A program made the position numbers and the translations under genes. DNA of 64,000 nt from an uncultured Candidatus Rokubacteria bacterium (GTDB lineage: Bacteria; Methylomirabilota; Methylomirabilia; Rokubacteriales; CSP1-6). Below are positions 48,785 through 58,660 of this stretch, piece by piece (within the stretch, counting starts at the first letter, position 1; every line of letters starts with the position of its first letter). The stretch lies in the NCBI GenBank assembly GCA_963721815.1, contig CAVRLO010000017.1:1438-65437 (forward strand), written 5' to 3'. The notes below the pieces were generated by a model. It saw only the letters and a program-made list of their open reading frames with translations, ran no database searches and was not told the DNA's origin.

Positions 48785-49890
48785 TTGGCGTCTCCAGACG
48801 GCCGTCGGACCCCGTAGACCGGGGCATCCGGTACGCGCTCGAGGTAGTCCGCGAGGGACCGCAGGGCCTGGGCGGCCGCACGAAATTCCCTCATCATCTG
48901 GAACAGCTCGAAGCCCAGGGGCGATTCCTGCTCGAGTGTGCGGTCCACGCTGCCGAGCGTGAGCTGCGCCCGTTCCAGGGCGGCGCGGGCCGTGTCCGAC
49001 GTGCTGCGGAGCGATGTCAGCAGTGGATCGACCTGGGGATCGAGCTTGGCCACGACGCGACGCACGTCCTCGAGCGCCGCCTGCGCCGTCTTGAGCGCCG
49101 CCTCAGCCGGGGTGGCCAGCGGGTCGACGCGGCTGTCCACGTCGAGGACCAGCTTTCGGGCGGCGTCCAGGGCAGTGTCGAGGCGGGCGAGGGTGCCCTT
49201 GAGCTCTGCGAGCAGCGGGTCGATGTGGGCATCGACCCTGCGGACGAGCGTCCGGGCGTCGGCGATGGCGGCGTTAGTGTTCCGGAACAGGTCCTGGGTC
49301 TCCTTGGAGGCGGCAATCTTCTTGACGTCCTCGAGGATCGCCGCCATCGCCTGGCCGATCTGATCGAGCGGGACCTTCTCGATCTTATCCGCGAACCTCT
49401 CGAGCTTCGCCGTCCAGACCTCGAGATCGGTCGGGATGGTCGGCAGCTCCGGTACCCGCCGGTCGAGACCGCGGAGGACAATCGGCGTGGCCGGCCGGAA
49501 GTCGAGGGCCACGTAGAGGACGCCGGTCACGAAGCTCTGCAGGCGAAGCTGGGCGCGAAGACCGTCCTCTCGCACCGCCTGCTCGATTCTTCGCGCGGGT
49601 TCGGTCTCCGCTGTTCCCCTGACCGCCTCCGGCTCGAGGGCGATGTACACCGCGATAATGGGCGTCCCCCACCGGAGCTGGACGTCGGTCACCTCGCCGA
49701 CCTTCACCCCGCGGGCCAGCACGGGCGCGCCGTTGTTCAGCCCGGTCACGGCCGCGTCGAAGAAGAGCACGTAGGTGAGCTTGGTCCGGAACAGGCCGGT
49801 GCCACCCCAGATCAGGACAGCTACGAGCAGCACGGCGATGGCGCCCACGACGAAGGCGCCGATGGCCGTCGGGCTCGCGCGCATGCTCAT
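48781..49890 (-). CDS. mlaD: MCE/MlaD-family protein with a long helical C-terminal extension
   Basis: N-terminal TM, MCE domain ..FDAAVTGLNNGAPVLARGVKVGEVTDVQL.., then about 230 aa of heptad-like helical sequence. Confidence 0.9.
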   Translation of the reverse strand: MSMRASPTAIGAFVVGAIAVLLVAVLIWGGTGLFRTKLTYVLFFDAAVTGLNNGAPVLARGVKVGEVTDVQLRWGTPIIAVYIALEPEAVRGTAETEPARRIEQAVREDGLRAQLRLQSFVTGVLYVALDFRPATPIVLRGLDRRVPELPTIPTDLEVWTAKLERFADKIEKVPLDQIGQAMAAILEDVKKIAASKETQDLFRNTNAAIADARTLVRRVDAHIDPLLAELKGTLARLDTALDAARKLVLDVDSRVDPLATPAEAALKTAQAALEDVRRVVAKLDPQVDPLLTSLRSTSDTARAALERAQLTLGSVDRTLEQESPLGFELFQMMREFRAAAQALRSLADYLERVPDAPVYGVRRPSGDAK

Positions 49891-50696
49891 CCAGCAGATC
49901 CTCCCGCGTCCTGCTTTCCTCGAGTAAGAAAGGCCCGCACCTTCGCCTCGGGGCTTTCCTCGCGGAGCTTCTTCGGGTTGCCCAGCGCGATCATGGTCCG
50001 CGTCTCGGCGTCGAGGAAGACAGCCCGGTCGGCGATGGCGAAAATGCTGGGGAGCTCGTGCGTCACCACGACCATCGTCGCTCCGAGACTCGCGCGGAGC
50101 TCGAGGATCAGGTCATCGAGGCGCCCGGAGCTGATGGGGTCGAGGCCGGCGGAGGGCTCGTCGAAAAAGAGGATGTCCGGATCGAGGGCCATTGCCCGGG
50201 CCACGCCGGCCCGCTTGAGCATCCCGCCGCTGATTTCGGACGGGAAGAACTCCTCGAAGCCGGCCAGGCCGACGAGCGCGAGCTTCAGCGACACGAGCTC
50301 TCGGATCTGCTTCGGGGAGAGCTCGGTGAAGGTCTCGAGCGGCAGCGCCACATTCTCCGCGAGCGTCATCGAGCTCCAGAGTGCCCCGGCCTGGTAGGAC
50401 ACGCCGAGCCGGCGACGGAGGCGGTCGCGTTCTTCGTCGTCGGCATGACAGAAGCTCTGGCCGTCGTAGAGGACATCGCCCTTGGCCGGCGTGCGGAGGC
50501 CGACCATGCCGTTGAGCAGCGTGCTTTTCCCGGAACCACTCCCGCCCATGATCACGAAGATCTCGCCCCGGTCGATCGTGAATGAGAGGTCCTTTTGGAT
50601 GATGAAGCTCCCGTAGGCCATCGTGAGATCGGCCACGGTGATCCGGGGGACGGGCGGCGTGGCGCCGGGCGCCGTGGGGCTAGAGGTGGAGGACAT
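49887..50696 (-). CDS. mlaF: ABC transporter ATP-binding protein (MlaF-like)
   Basis: Walker A GGSGSGKST, signature SGGMLKR, Walker B ILFFDEP. Confidence 0.9.
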   Translation of the reverse strand: MSSTSSPTAPGATPPVPRITVADLTMAYGSFIIQKDLSFTIDRGEIFVIMGGSGSGKSTLLNGMVGLRTPAKGDVLYDGQSFCHADDEERDRLRRRLGVSYQAGALWSSMTLAENVALPLETFTELSPKQIRELVSLKLALVGLAGFEEFFPSEISGGMLKRAGVARAMALDPDILFFDEPSAGLDPISSGRLDDLILELRASLGATMVVVTHELPSIFAIADRAVFLDAETRTMIALGNPKKLREESPEAKVRAFLTRGKQDAGGSAG

Positions 50697-51837
50697 TCAG
50701 GATCACGGCGAAGACGCCGTCGATGACGACGATGAGGACGATGGAGGTGACCACGGCCGAGGTGGCGGCGCGCCCGACGGCCTCGGCGCTCCGCCCCGAC
50801 TGCATGCCCCGGAGGCAACCGACGAGGGCGACCAGGACTCCGAACACCACGCTCTTGCTGACGCCGACGAAGAAGCTGGTCAGGCCCATGGCCGCGCGGG
50901 TCTGCTCGAAATATTCGACGGGGCTGAGTCCCAGCATACCCACCCCGACGACCGCGCCCCCCACGATTCCGACGAGGTCCGCGTAGATCGTGAGGAGCGG
51001 CATCATCAAGATCAGGGCCGTCATCCGGGGCAGGACGAGGAACTCCATCGGCGAGATCCCCATGGTGGAGAGCGCGTCGATCTCCTGGTTGGTGTTCATC
51101 GTCCCGAGCTCGGCGGCGAAGGCGGCGCCGGTCCGGCCCGCCATGACGACGGCGGTCATCATGCAGCCGATCTCCCGGGTCATCGCGATGGCCACCAGGT
51201 TCGCCACGAAAATCGAGGCGCCGAACTGCTGAAGCTGGACGGCTCCGACAAAGGCGAGAATGAGGCCGACCAGGAAGCTGATCAGGCTGACGATGCCGAG
51301 CGCGCGCGGCCCGCAGTCCTGGATGACGACCAGGAGATCGCCCATTCGGAACCGCGCCCGGCCGCGGAGCAGCGCGCCGAGGGCGAGCATGCCTTCCCCG
51401 AGGAAGGCGAGCTCCGTCGTGATCTCGACCCCGCCCGCGGTCGCCCAGGCCCCGATCCTTGCTAGCCAGGGGGGCCGCGCGCGGTCCCGGCCGGTCTGCC
51501 TCTCGGGAACCGCCTCAGCGAGGCGCAGGAGGCGCTGCGCCCCGTCGGGGAGCTCCGTGCGATCGCTCTCGATGCCGCGGGCCCTCGCCTCCTCCAGCAC
51601 CTTGATGGCGAAGGTGACGAGGCCTGAGTCCCAGTCGGTGACATGGCGCGTGTCGAAGGTGAGCCGATGGACGGTGGGGCCGGCCTGGATCTCCCGCCAT
51701 ACCTCGCTCGGGTCGGGCAGCTGGTCCTCGTTCCGCCACGCCCCGGCGAGCTCGACGCACGCGACGTCTGGCACCGGGTGCTCGACGTGAAGCGTCCATG
51801 GGCGCTTCACGATGGTCATGCGCGAAGTTCTCGTCAT
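50680..51837 (-). CDS. mlaE: MlaE-family ABC permease with an N-terminal STAS (MlaB-like) domain
   Basis: About 120 aa of STAS-like N-terminus (..VELAGAWRNED..LTFDTRHVTDWDSGLVTFAIKVLEEA..), followed by a typical MlaE polytopic core. Confidence 0.85.
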   Translation of the reverse strand: MTRTSRMTIVKRPWTLHVEHPVPDVACVELAGAWRNEDQLPDPSEVWREIQAGPTVHRLTFDTRHVTDWDSGLVTFAIKVLEEARARGIESDRTELPDGAQRLLRLAEAVPERQTGRDRARPPWLARIGAWATAGGVEITTELAFLGEGMLALGALLRGRARFRMGDLLVVIQDCGPRALGIVSLISFLVGLILAFVGAVQLQQFGASIFVANLVAIAMTREIGCMMTAVVMAGRTGAAFAAELGTMNTNQEIDALSTMGISPMEFLVLPRMTALILMMPLLTIYADLVGIVGGAVVGVGMLGLSPVEYFEQTRAAMGLTSFFVGVSKSVVFGVLVALVGCLRGMQSGRSAEAVGRAATSAVVTSIVLIVVIDGVFAVILNVLHL

Positions 51838-51864
51838 GCTGAGATTTCTCTCTGGCCCTGTCGC

Positions 51865-52113
51865 TCAGTCTCTGAGATCCAGAAACCTGGCCTGTTCGCC
51901 GGAGAGCCGCTCCAGCAGGCGATCGCTGCCCACCCGCGTGTGCAAGACGACGCGACCGGGATCCTCGGCCAACACGCCCCTGATGCGTCGTGCCTCGGCG
52001 CCGCCGGGGCACGCGTGGAGTGCGGCCAGCGCGCGCTCAGCGTCCGCCTCGGAGGCTCGATCGCGAAATACCTGCGCGCGCGTGATGCCGATCAGTCGGC
52101 GTCGCAAAGACAT
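51865..52113 (-). CDS. hypothetical protein (82 aa)
   Basis: Open frame from MSLRRRLIGITRAQVF.., same strand and immediately upstream of mlaE. No motif recognised. Confidence 0.35.
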   Translation of the reverse strand: MSLRRRLIGITRAQVFRDRASEADAERALAALHACPGGAEARRIRGVLAEDPGRVVLHTRVGSDRLLERLSGEQARFLDLRD

Positions 52114-52249
52114 TCCTCTTGCTGCTTCACCTCGCGATGCAGCGCTGGCGGCGAGGTGCTCAGCCTGGAAGTTGGAGTCGTCGGGCGCGGCGGCCGCCAC
52201 CCCGGAGGCTCAGCCGCCCGTAGCGCGGAACCCTTTCGTGCTCTCTTCA

Positions 52250-52978
52250 TCAAGGACCTCCAGGCGGCTGAGCGCGGAGCCACGTGGCGTGATGGGCCTG
52301 GATGATCGCGAGGGCCTCGTCGGCGCTCGCCACGCAGCGCGGGATCGCCAGGTCCTCGACATCGGCCAGGGGCGGGTCGAAGGCGAGCATCGCCTGCCGG
52401 GCCCACTCGATCAGGGCCGGCCACGTTGGTCCGACGAGGATCAGCGGCGTCTCCTGTAGGTGCCGCACCTGGAGGAGCTGCCAGATCATCACCATCTCGA
52501 GGACTGTGCCGATGCCGCCCGGGGCCACGATGAAGGCGTCGGAGGCGATCGCGAACTGGTGCAGGCGCGTGAAGAACGTGCGGTGTCGGAACGCCTGCGC
52601 GACGAAGGCGTTGACGTCCTGCTCGAACGGCAGCTCGACGCGGATGCCGATGGACCGCGCCCGCTCGGGGGCGGTCGATGCTCCCTCGTTGGCGGCCTGC
52701 ATGAGGCCCGGCCCGCCGCCGGTCACGATGTCGCAGCCCATGGCGGCCAGCATCGCGGTCGCGCGCCTGGTCTCCTCGTAGCCGAAGCTCCCCGGCGTGG
52801 CGCGCGCCGAGCCGAAGATCGTGACCCGGTACCGGTCTCGCCGGGACGGTCGCAGCCGGGTCAGGTTGTTGACCACGTCCCACAGACCGAGGACGGCGCC
52901 GAGCACGACGTCGTTGACGCGTTCCTCGTCGGCCAGGCTGATCACGTCCGGTTGCGTCGACTGTGACGTCTGCGTCAC
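52250..52978 (-). CDS. LOG-family (TIGR00730) nucleotide phosphoribohydrolase
   Basis: GTG start after GGAGGA. ..VTIFGSAR..IVTGGGPGLMQAANEGA..APGGIGTVLEM.. (PGGxGTxxE motif). Confidence 0.85.
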   Translation of the reverse strand: MTQTSQSTQPDVISLADEERVNDVVLGAVLGLWDVVNNLTRLRPSRRDRYRVTIFGSARATPGSFGYEETRRATAMLAAMGCDIVTGGGPGLMQAANEGASTAPERARSIGIRVELPFEQDVNAFVAQAFRHRTFFTRLHQFAIASDAFIVAPGGIGTVLEMVMIWQLLQVRHLQETPLILVGPTWPALIEWARQAMLAFDPPLADVEDLAIPRCVASADEALAIIQAHHATWLRAQPPGGP

Positions 52979-53481
52979 CGCGGTCCTCCGCGCCGGATGC
53001 AGGCCAGCGTGTGCCGGGCGATCATCAGCTCCTCGTCCGGGATCACCCAGACCGAGACGGGACTGTCCGCGGTGCTGATCCTCGGCCCGTGGCCCAGGTT
53101 GGCGGCCGGGCCGAGGCGGACGCCGAGGCACGCCGCGTCCTCGCAAACGCGCGCCCTCACCGGAGCGGCGTGCCCTCCGATACCGGCGGTGAACACCAGG
53201 GCGTTGGTGCCGGCCAGCGCCGCCGGGAGCGAGCCCAGCCCGCGGCCGACGCGGTACACGAACAGGGCGACGGCCTCGGCGGCCTCGGGAGCTAGGCTCG
53301 CGAGGAGCGCGCGCATGTCGTTGCCGATGTCCGACACGCCGAGGTGCCCGGAGCGATGGTCGAGGACGTCGGTCACAGCGTCCACCGACCCCACCGCCGC
53401 GCCGCGACGAGCGCCACCGCGCAGGAGGCGGCGATCATCGGATCGAGTTCTGTTGACCCGGACCGTCTCGCTCATCGTCAT
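52975..53481 (-). pseudogene. ackA: acetate/propionate kinase, 3' third only (5'-truncated)
   Basis: ..TRSDD..SGHLGVSDIGNDMRALLAS..ALFVYRVGRGLGSLPAALAGTNALVFTAGIGGHAAPVRARVCE..VWVIPDEELMIARHT matches the AckA C-terminal domain. About 280 N-terminal residues are absent. The stop overlaps the LOG start (GTGA). Confidence 0.75.
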
Positions 53482-53534
53482 TCCTCGAGCCGGGCCAGGC
53501 GGCGCCGGGCAGCTCTTTCATGCGCCGGTCCGCC

Positions 53535-54146
53535 TCACGCTCCGGATCCCTCCTGCTTCGCCTTGATCTTGTTCACGAGCTCCTCATAGGAAGAGCTTTG
53601 GATGATCGTGTTGAACTGCGCGCGATAGTTGCCGATGAGGCTCACGCCCTCGATGAGGACGTCGTAGACCTGCCAGCGCGCGTCGCGCTTGAGCATCCGA
53701 TAGTCGACGGGGATCTCCGTGCCCTGCTTCGTGATGATCCGGGTGCGCACGACCGCCTGATCACCGTCGACCGTCTGGCCCGCGTACGTGATCTTCTCGC
53801 CGCGGTAGAGCTCAATCTTCGACAAATACGCGCTCTCGACGAGGTCGGCGAAGAGGCGAGTGAACTCCTCGCGCTCGGCGGGCGTTCGCGCCTGCCAGTG
53901 CCGACCGAGCGAGCGCTTCGCGGTCTCGTTCACGTCGAGGATCTCGCTGGCGATCTTCCGAAGGGCGGCGCGGCGCTCGTTGGCGCGCCCCTCCTTCTTC
54001 AGCTCTGGGTCATCGACGGTCTTTATCACACGATCGATTCCTACGCGAAGCTCCTCCATCGGCGTCGCCGCCGACGCTGGGCGGGCGACGATGAACGGCA
54101 TCACGGTCAGGACGCCGAGGAACACGGACCGTCGCGCGAGAGTCAT
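53535..54146 (-). CDS. mlaC: MlaC/Ttg2D-family periplasmic lipid-binding protein
   Basis: Signal peptide MTLARRSVFLGVLTVMPFIVARPASA. ..VDDPELKKEGRANERRAALRKIASEILDVNETAKRSLGRHW..EREEF..F... An alternative GTG start at 54266 follows AGGAGGAA. Confidence 0.85.
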   Translation of the reverse strand: MTLARRSVFLGVLTVMPFIVARPASAATPMEELRVGIDRVIKTVDDPELKKEGRANERRAALRKIASEILDVNETAKRSLGRHWQARTPAEREEFTRLFADLVESAYLSKIELYRGEKITYAGQTVDGDQAVVRTRIITKQGTEIPVDYRMLKRDARWQVYDVLIEGVSLIGNYRAQFNTIIQSSSYEELVNKIKAKQEGSGA

Positions 54147-54259
54147 TCGCGATCCTCGAGATCTGCCGCTTACGTCGACGCTCATGAGGAAGCGCGCGAA
54201 CCCCAAAGAGGAGACGACCGAGAGTGTCAGCCACGCTCCGAGTACGGTGAAGACCGTCG

Positions 54260-54825
54260 TCACGGGTGTTCCTCCTGTTCGTGGATCATGTGCGCGCGGC
54301 GCTGCAGGTGGGCGTTGCGCACGGCACTGTACGGGTAAAGCACGCTGTCGTCGAACTGACGCCATCGCGGACGGTCAGCGGGTCCATGAACGACAGAACG
54401 CGGCCGAGCTCGCGCCCCGCGCCGTCCCACTGCGCCTGCAAGGCGTTGTTGAGCACGCGCGGGACGACGGTGATGTTCTCGAACGCGTTCGACATCATGA
54501 TCTCGGTCCGCTCCGGCACGACCGCCTTCCACCCCTGCGCGACGGGCCTCAGCGCGTACTTGGCGAGGCGGCGGTTGAAAGCGAACGCCTTGTCGTTGAA
54601 TGGCTGCCACGGGTCGTGCTCGTCGACGGCCGCCGTCTCGCGCGTCAAGTCGGGGGCGACGGAGCTCGAGCCATCGCTCGGTGGCGCGCTCGTCGGCCGC
54701 GTGCCGCGGGGCAGGAGTGAGGCACATCCGCTCACGGCGAAGGCGAGGATGAGGCACATCACCAAGAGCACGATGCCGCTCGGAGAAGTGATCGACCGCG
54801 TTCGCGCCATCGCTGCGTGATTCAT
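54260..54825 (-). pseudogene. mlaA: MlaA/VacJ-family lipoprotein with an internal deletion and a frame change near 54365
   Basis: Lipobox ..LAFAVSGCAS. ..DPWQPFNDKAFAFNRRLAKYALRPVAQGWKAVVPE..SNAFENI..VLNNALQ... About 50 central residues are missing. The C-terminal ..YPYSAVRNAHLQRRAHMI.. lies in another frame. Confidence 0.7.
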
Positions 54826-55071
54826 CGCTGGCCTCTTGTGCCTCGGAAGCAGCAAAAGGCGCGCCAAAGCGCGAATCAAAAGAACTCCCGGATTTCCCCG
54901 ACTCGCAGCGGGAGCTCGGTCACTGCGAGCGTGCGGTTCCGCACCAGGATGTGCAGAGTCGCACGGTGATGATGTGTTCTCCGCGGCGCGCGCGTGGCAG
55001 TCCTGCAGCGCGAGGCTCGGCGTGAACGGTGATCCTCAGCTGAGCGACCGGGATCCAGAGGCCGGTGTCGA

Positions 55072-55240
55072 TCAGCCAGCACTTACGTAGACGTAGCCAG
55101 CGGGCGGAGAGAAGGCGTTGAGCGCGTTGTCATCGAGCACACCGAACATCCAGTCGCCGTCCTGCGCGGCGGATCCGCGGATCGGCCGTGCGCCGACGTC
55201 GCTGAGGTAGCCGGTTACGCGGGCATCGTTGACGAGCCCG
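55072..55240 (-). pseudogene. fragment of an M48-family (BepA-like) metalloprotease
   Basis: ..VNDARVTGYLSDVGARPI..WMFGVLDDNALNAFSPPAGYVYVSAG-stop corresponds to the segment just before the HExxH helix. The rest is absent. Confidence 0.5.
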
Positions 55241-55318
55241 TCGTGCGCTCGACTTCGCCGCGGCCTCACGGCCCAGCGCGCGCTCGCGTTCGATGGACAC
55301 CGGTGCTGCCGGCGCCGA

Positions 55319-58221
55319 TCACCGCGTGCCGGCTGCCCCGGCCTGCCGCCTCCGGTCCTCCAGCGCGGCCGTGATGGCACCCTGCAGCGTCTCGAGCCCC
55401 GCGGCGACGTCGGAGCCGAGATGAATGCGCAGGGCGCGGCGGTTGCGCTCGACCAGGACCTGGAAATCCCCGCGGGCCTGCGCCGCCTTGACCACGCCGA
55501 ACGTGTACTTCTGTCCCGGCACCGGCAGGTCGACGGCGTCATCGCACGTGATCTGCAGGAACACCCCCGTGTTCGGCCCGCCCTTGTAGGCCTGCCCCGT
55601 CGAGTGCAAGAAGCGCGGGCCGAACTCCAGGCACGTCGCGACGCGCCTGCCGTCGCGAACTGCCACGCGCATTGCTTGCAACGCCCGCTCGTGCGCCTCG
55701 TTCATCTCGATGTATGCGAGCAGCGCGAAGTAATCGCCGGCGCCCAGCCGGCTGAGGTGCGCGGTGAGATAGGCCGGCAGCGTGGGCTCGCCGTCCAACA
55801 GGCCCCTCAATGCGTTCGCATTCGTCTCGTCGGTGAAAAGCTTGATCCCGTCCCCGGTGAAGATCGGCGTCTCGACGGGCAACGTCCCGGTTCGCTCGTA
55901 CTCGGCGGTGAGTCTTCGTCGTCACGTTCTTGCTGGCTTCCACGTCCGGCTGATCGAACGGGTGGATGCCCAGCATCGGAACCGGCCACGGCGGTCGCGA
56001 TCTCCCAGCGAAAGAACTCCTCGCCGAGGTCGTATGGGTCGTCGACGCCGATGCGCACGACCGGATGGCCCGCTCGCTCGAGCTCGGCGACGGCCGTGTC
56101 CTGGCCGCATCAGGTGCCGACCGCAATCGGAGATAGACGAAGAGACGGTCGTCGCCGTAGATCTCGGGCGGACCGAGGGCTTCGCGGTCGATCGGGATCA
56201 GGCCCGCGCCGTCCTTGCCCGTCGACTCCGCCAGCAGCTGCTCCAGCCAGGCGCCGAGAGCCTCGAGGCCTGGCGACGCGATGATCGTCACCTTGTCGCG
56301 CCCGAAATCGCGCGCGGCGACGCCGAGGATGGCGCCGAGCACGACACCGGGGTTCTCTCCGACCGGCACCGATGGCATGCACGCGGAGACCATCTCCTCG
56401 GTCCGGTCCAGGAGCTTCGCCACATCCACGCCCATGATAGCGGCCGGGACCAGGCCGAAATCCGACAGCACCGAGTAGCGTCCACCGATATCCGGCCAGC
56501 CGAAGAAGACGTGTCGAAAGCTGTCGCTCTCGGCGAGCTGCTGCAGCTTCGAGCCCGGGTCGGTGATGGCGACGAAGCGCCGGCCGGCTGCCTGGACGCC
56601 GAGCGAGCTGCGTCACGCGGTCGAAGAAGTACTGCTTGAAGATGTTCGGCTCGAGCGTGGAGCCCGATTTGCTGGACACGATGAAGAGCGTGTTCTTGAG
56701 ATCGATCTTGTTCTCGAACGTCTGCACCTGCGCCGGGTCGGTGGAATCGAGCACGTGCAGCTCCGGGAAGCCTCTGATCCTTCCGAAGGTCGTCCTCAGG
56801 ACTTCAGGCCCGAGGCTCGATCCTCCCATCCCCAGCAGGAGCACATGGGAAAAGCCCGCGCTCCGGACCATCGTGGGCGAGGACGGTCAACTGGTCGATG
56901 TGGGCCAGCTGGTCGTTCGTGACCCCGAGCCAGCCAAGCCAGTGCGCCTCGTCCTTGCCGGTCCACAGCTGACGCATCCCGGCCCCAGAGCCGTCGCACC
57001 TTGCCGCTGAACGCGCCATCCGTCAGCGAATCGTTCACCGCAGCGGCCAGCGGCTCGGGGAGTGAGTAGGTCAGGCGATTGATCTTTCCCGCTCCCGCTT
57101 CCTTGCTTTGCTTCTCCACGGCCTTCAAGCAGCTTTCGAAGGCATCCTCGAAGAGCTGCACGCCCTCGGCGAGCAGCCGGTCGGTCACCTCCTCCAGGGA
57201 GATCCCGACCTGCGCGAGCCCATCCATCGTGTCACGGGCGGCGTCGACATCCTCGGTGAGGCTCGCGCGCGGCCGCCCGTGATCCGCGAAACGCTTCGAA
57301 GCGTCGCCGGAGGGACCGTGTTGACGGTATCGGGCCCGATCAGCTCTTCGACGTAGACGACGTCCCGATAGCTTGGGGTTCTTCGTGCCCGTGCTCGCCC
57401 ACAGCAGACGCTGCGTCTCGGGCCCCCTGGGCGGCGAGCGCCTGCCAGCGCGCTCCGCCGAAGAGCTCCTGGTAGCGCTGGTAGGCGAGCTGGCGTTGGC
57501 GATGGCGACCTGGCCGGTCAGGCCGCGCAGCGAAACTTTGCTCTCTCGCGTTCGTCGATGCCTGCACGCGTCTCGTCGATCAGCGCATCGACGGCGGTGT
57601 CGATCCGGCTGACGAAGAAGCTGGCGACGCTGGCCACCCGCGTCGGGTCACCACCGCTTGGCGATGAACTTCTCGAGGCCGGCCATGTAGGCGTCGGCGA
57701 CCTGCTCGTACGCCTCGAGGGCGAAGAGCAGCGTCACATTGACGTTGATGCCCTCGCTGATGAGCTGCTCGATGGCGGCACGCCTCGGCGGTGGCCGGCA
57801 CCTTGATCATCACGTTGTCGCGGCCGACGGCGGACCAGAGCCGCCGGGCCTCCTCAACGTGCCCGTCGTGTCGTGCGCCAGGAACGGCGACACCTCCAGG
57901 CTGACGTAGCCGTCACGCCGGGCGGTCGCCTCGTAGACGCGGCTGAAGCGCGTCGGCAGGCGTCCTGGATGTCGTGAACGGCGAGCCGTCTCGTACAGCG
58001 TCTTCGCGTCAAGCGTCCCGCGCCTCTGGGCGACTCGAGCATCGTCCCGGTAGTCGGAGCTGCCGGCGATGGCCTTCTCGAAGATCGCCGGGTTGGAGGT
58101 GACGCCACGCAGGCCGTCTTCGTCGATCAGGCGGCGCAGCTCGCCGCACGTCGATCAGGCTGCGGCGGATGTAGTCGAACCACACGGACTGGCCGAAGAC
58201 CTCGAGCGCGCGCAGCCGGTT
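55319..58221 (-). pseudogene. bifunctional transaldolase / glucose-6-phosphate isomerase, broken into at least 9 frame pieces
   Basis: Tal motifs are spread over ORFs 58009..58353, 57854..58108, 57580..57813 and 57340..57567 (..[56 protein letters not shown]). PGI motifs are spread over 56796..57227, 56804..57019, 56110..56871, 55539..56471 and 55319..55882 (..FSHVLLLGMGGSSLGPEV..LFIVSSKSGSTLEP..). Confidence 0.8.
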
Positions 58222-58657
58222 CTCGAGCGCGGTCAGCTTGGCGAGCCGGCGCACGTGACGGGGCTCGCCCGTGAAGCGGGCGTTCAAGAACGCACGAATC
58301 GAGCTCGCGGGCGAGCTCGATGCCGATGACGCGCCCGCCGAGCACGAGCACATTCATGTTGTCGTGCTCGACGCCCTGGTGCGCCGAGTACGTGTCATGG
58401 CACAGGCCGGCGCGAATGCCCGGGATCCTGTTCGCGACCATCGAGGCGCCCACGCCGCTGCCGCAGAGGAGGATGCCGCGCTCGGCTCGCGACTCCCGCA
58501 CGGCCGCGCCGACGGCTTGCGCGTAGTCGGGATAGTCGACCGGATCCTGATTGTGGGTGCCGACGTCGACGACCTCGTGATGCTCGGCGGCCAGGAACGT
58601 CTTCACCGCCTCTTTCAACTCGAAGCCGGCATGGTCCGAGCCGATGGCGACGTGCAT
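58222..58657 (-). pseudogene. rpiB: ribose-5-phosphate isomerase B with one frame change near 58295; no stop before the transaldolase sequence
   Basis: [49 protein letters not shown]. The tail [26 protein letters not shown] lies in the next frame and runs straight into [14 protein letters not shown] (Tal N-terminus). GAGGAGG Shine-Dalgarno. Confidence 0.8.
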
Positions 58658-58660
58658 GGC

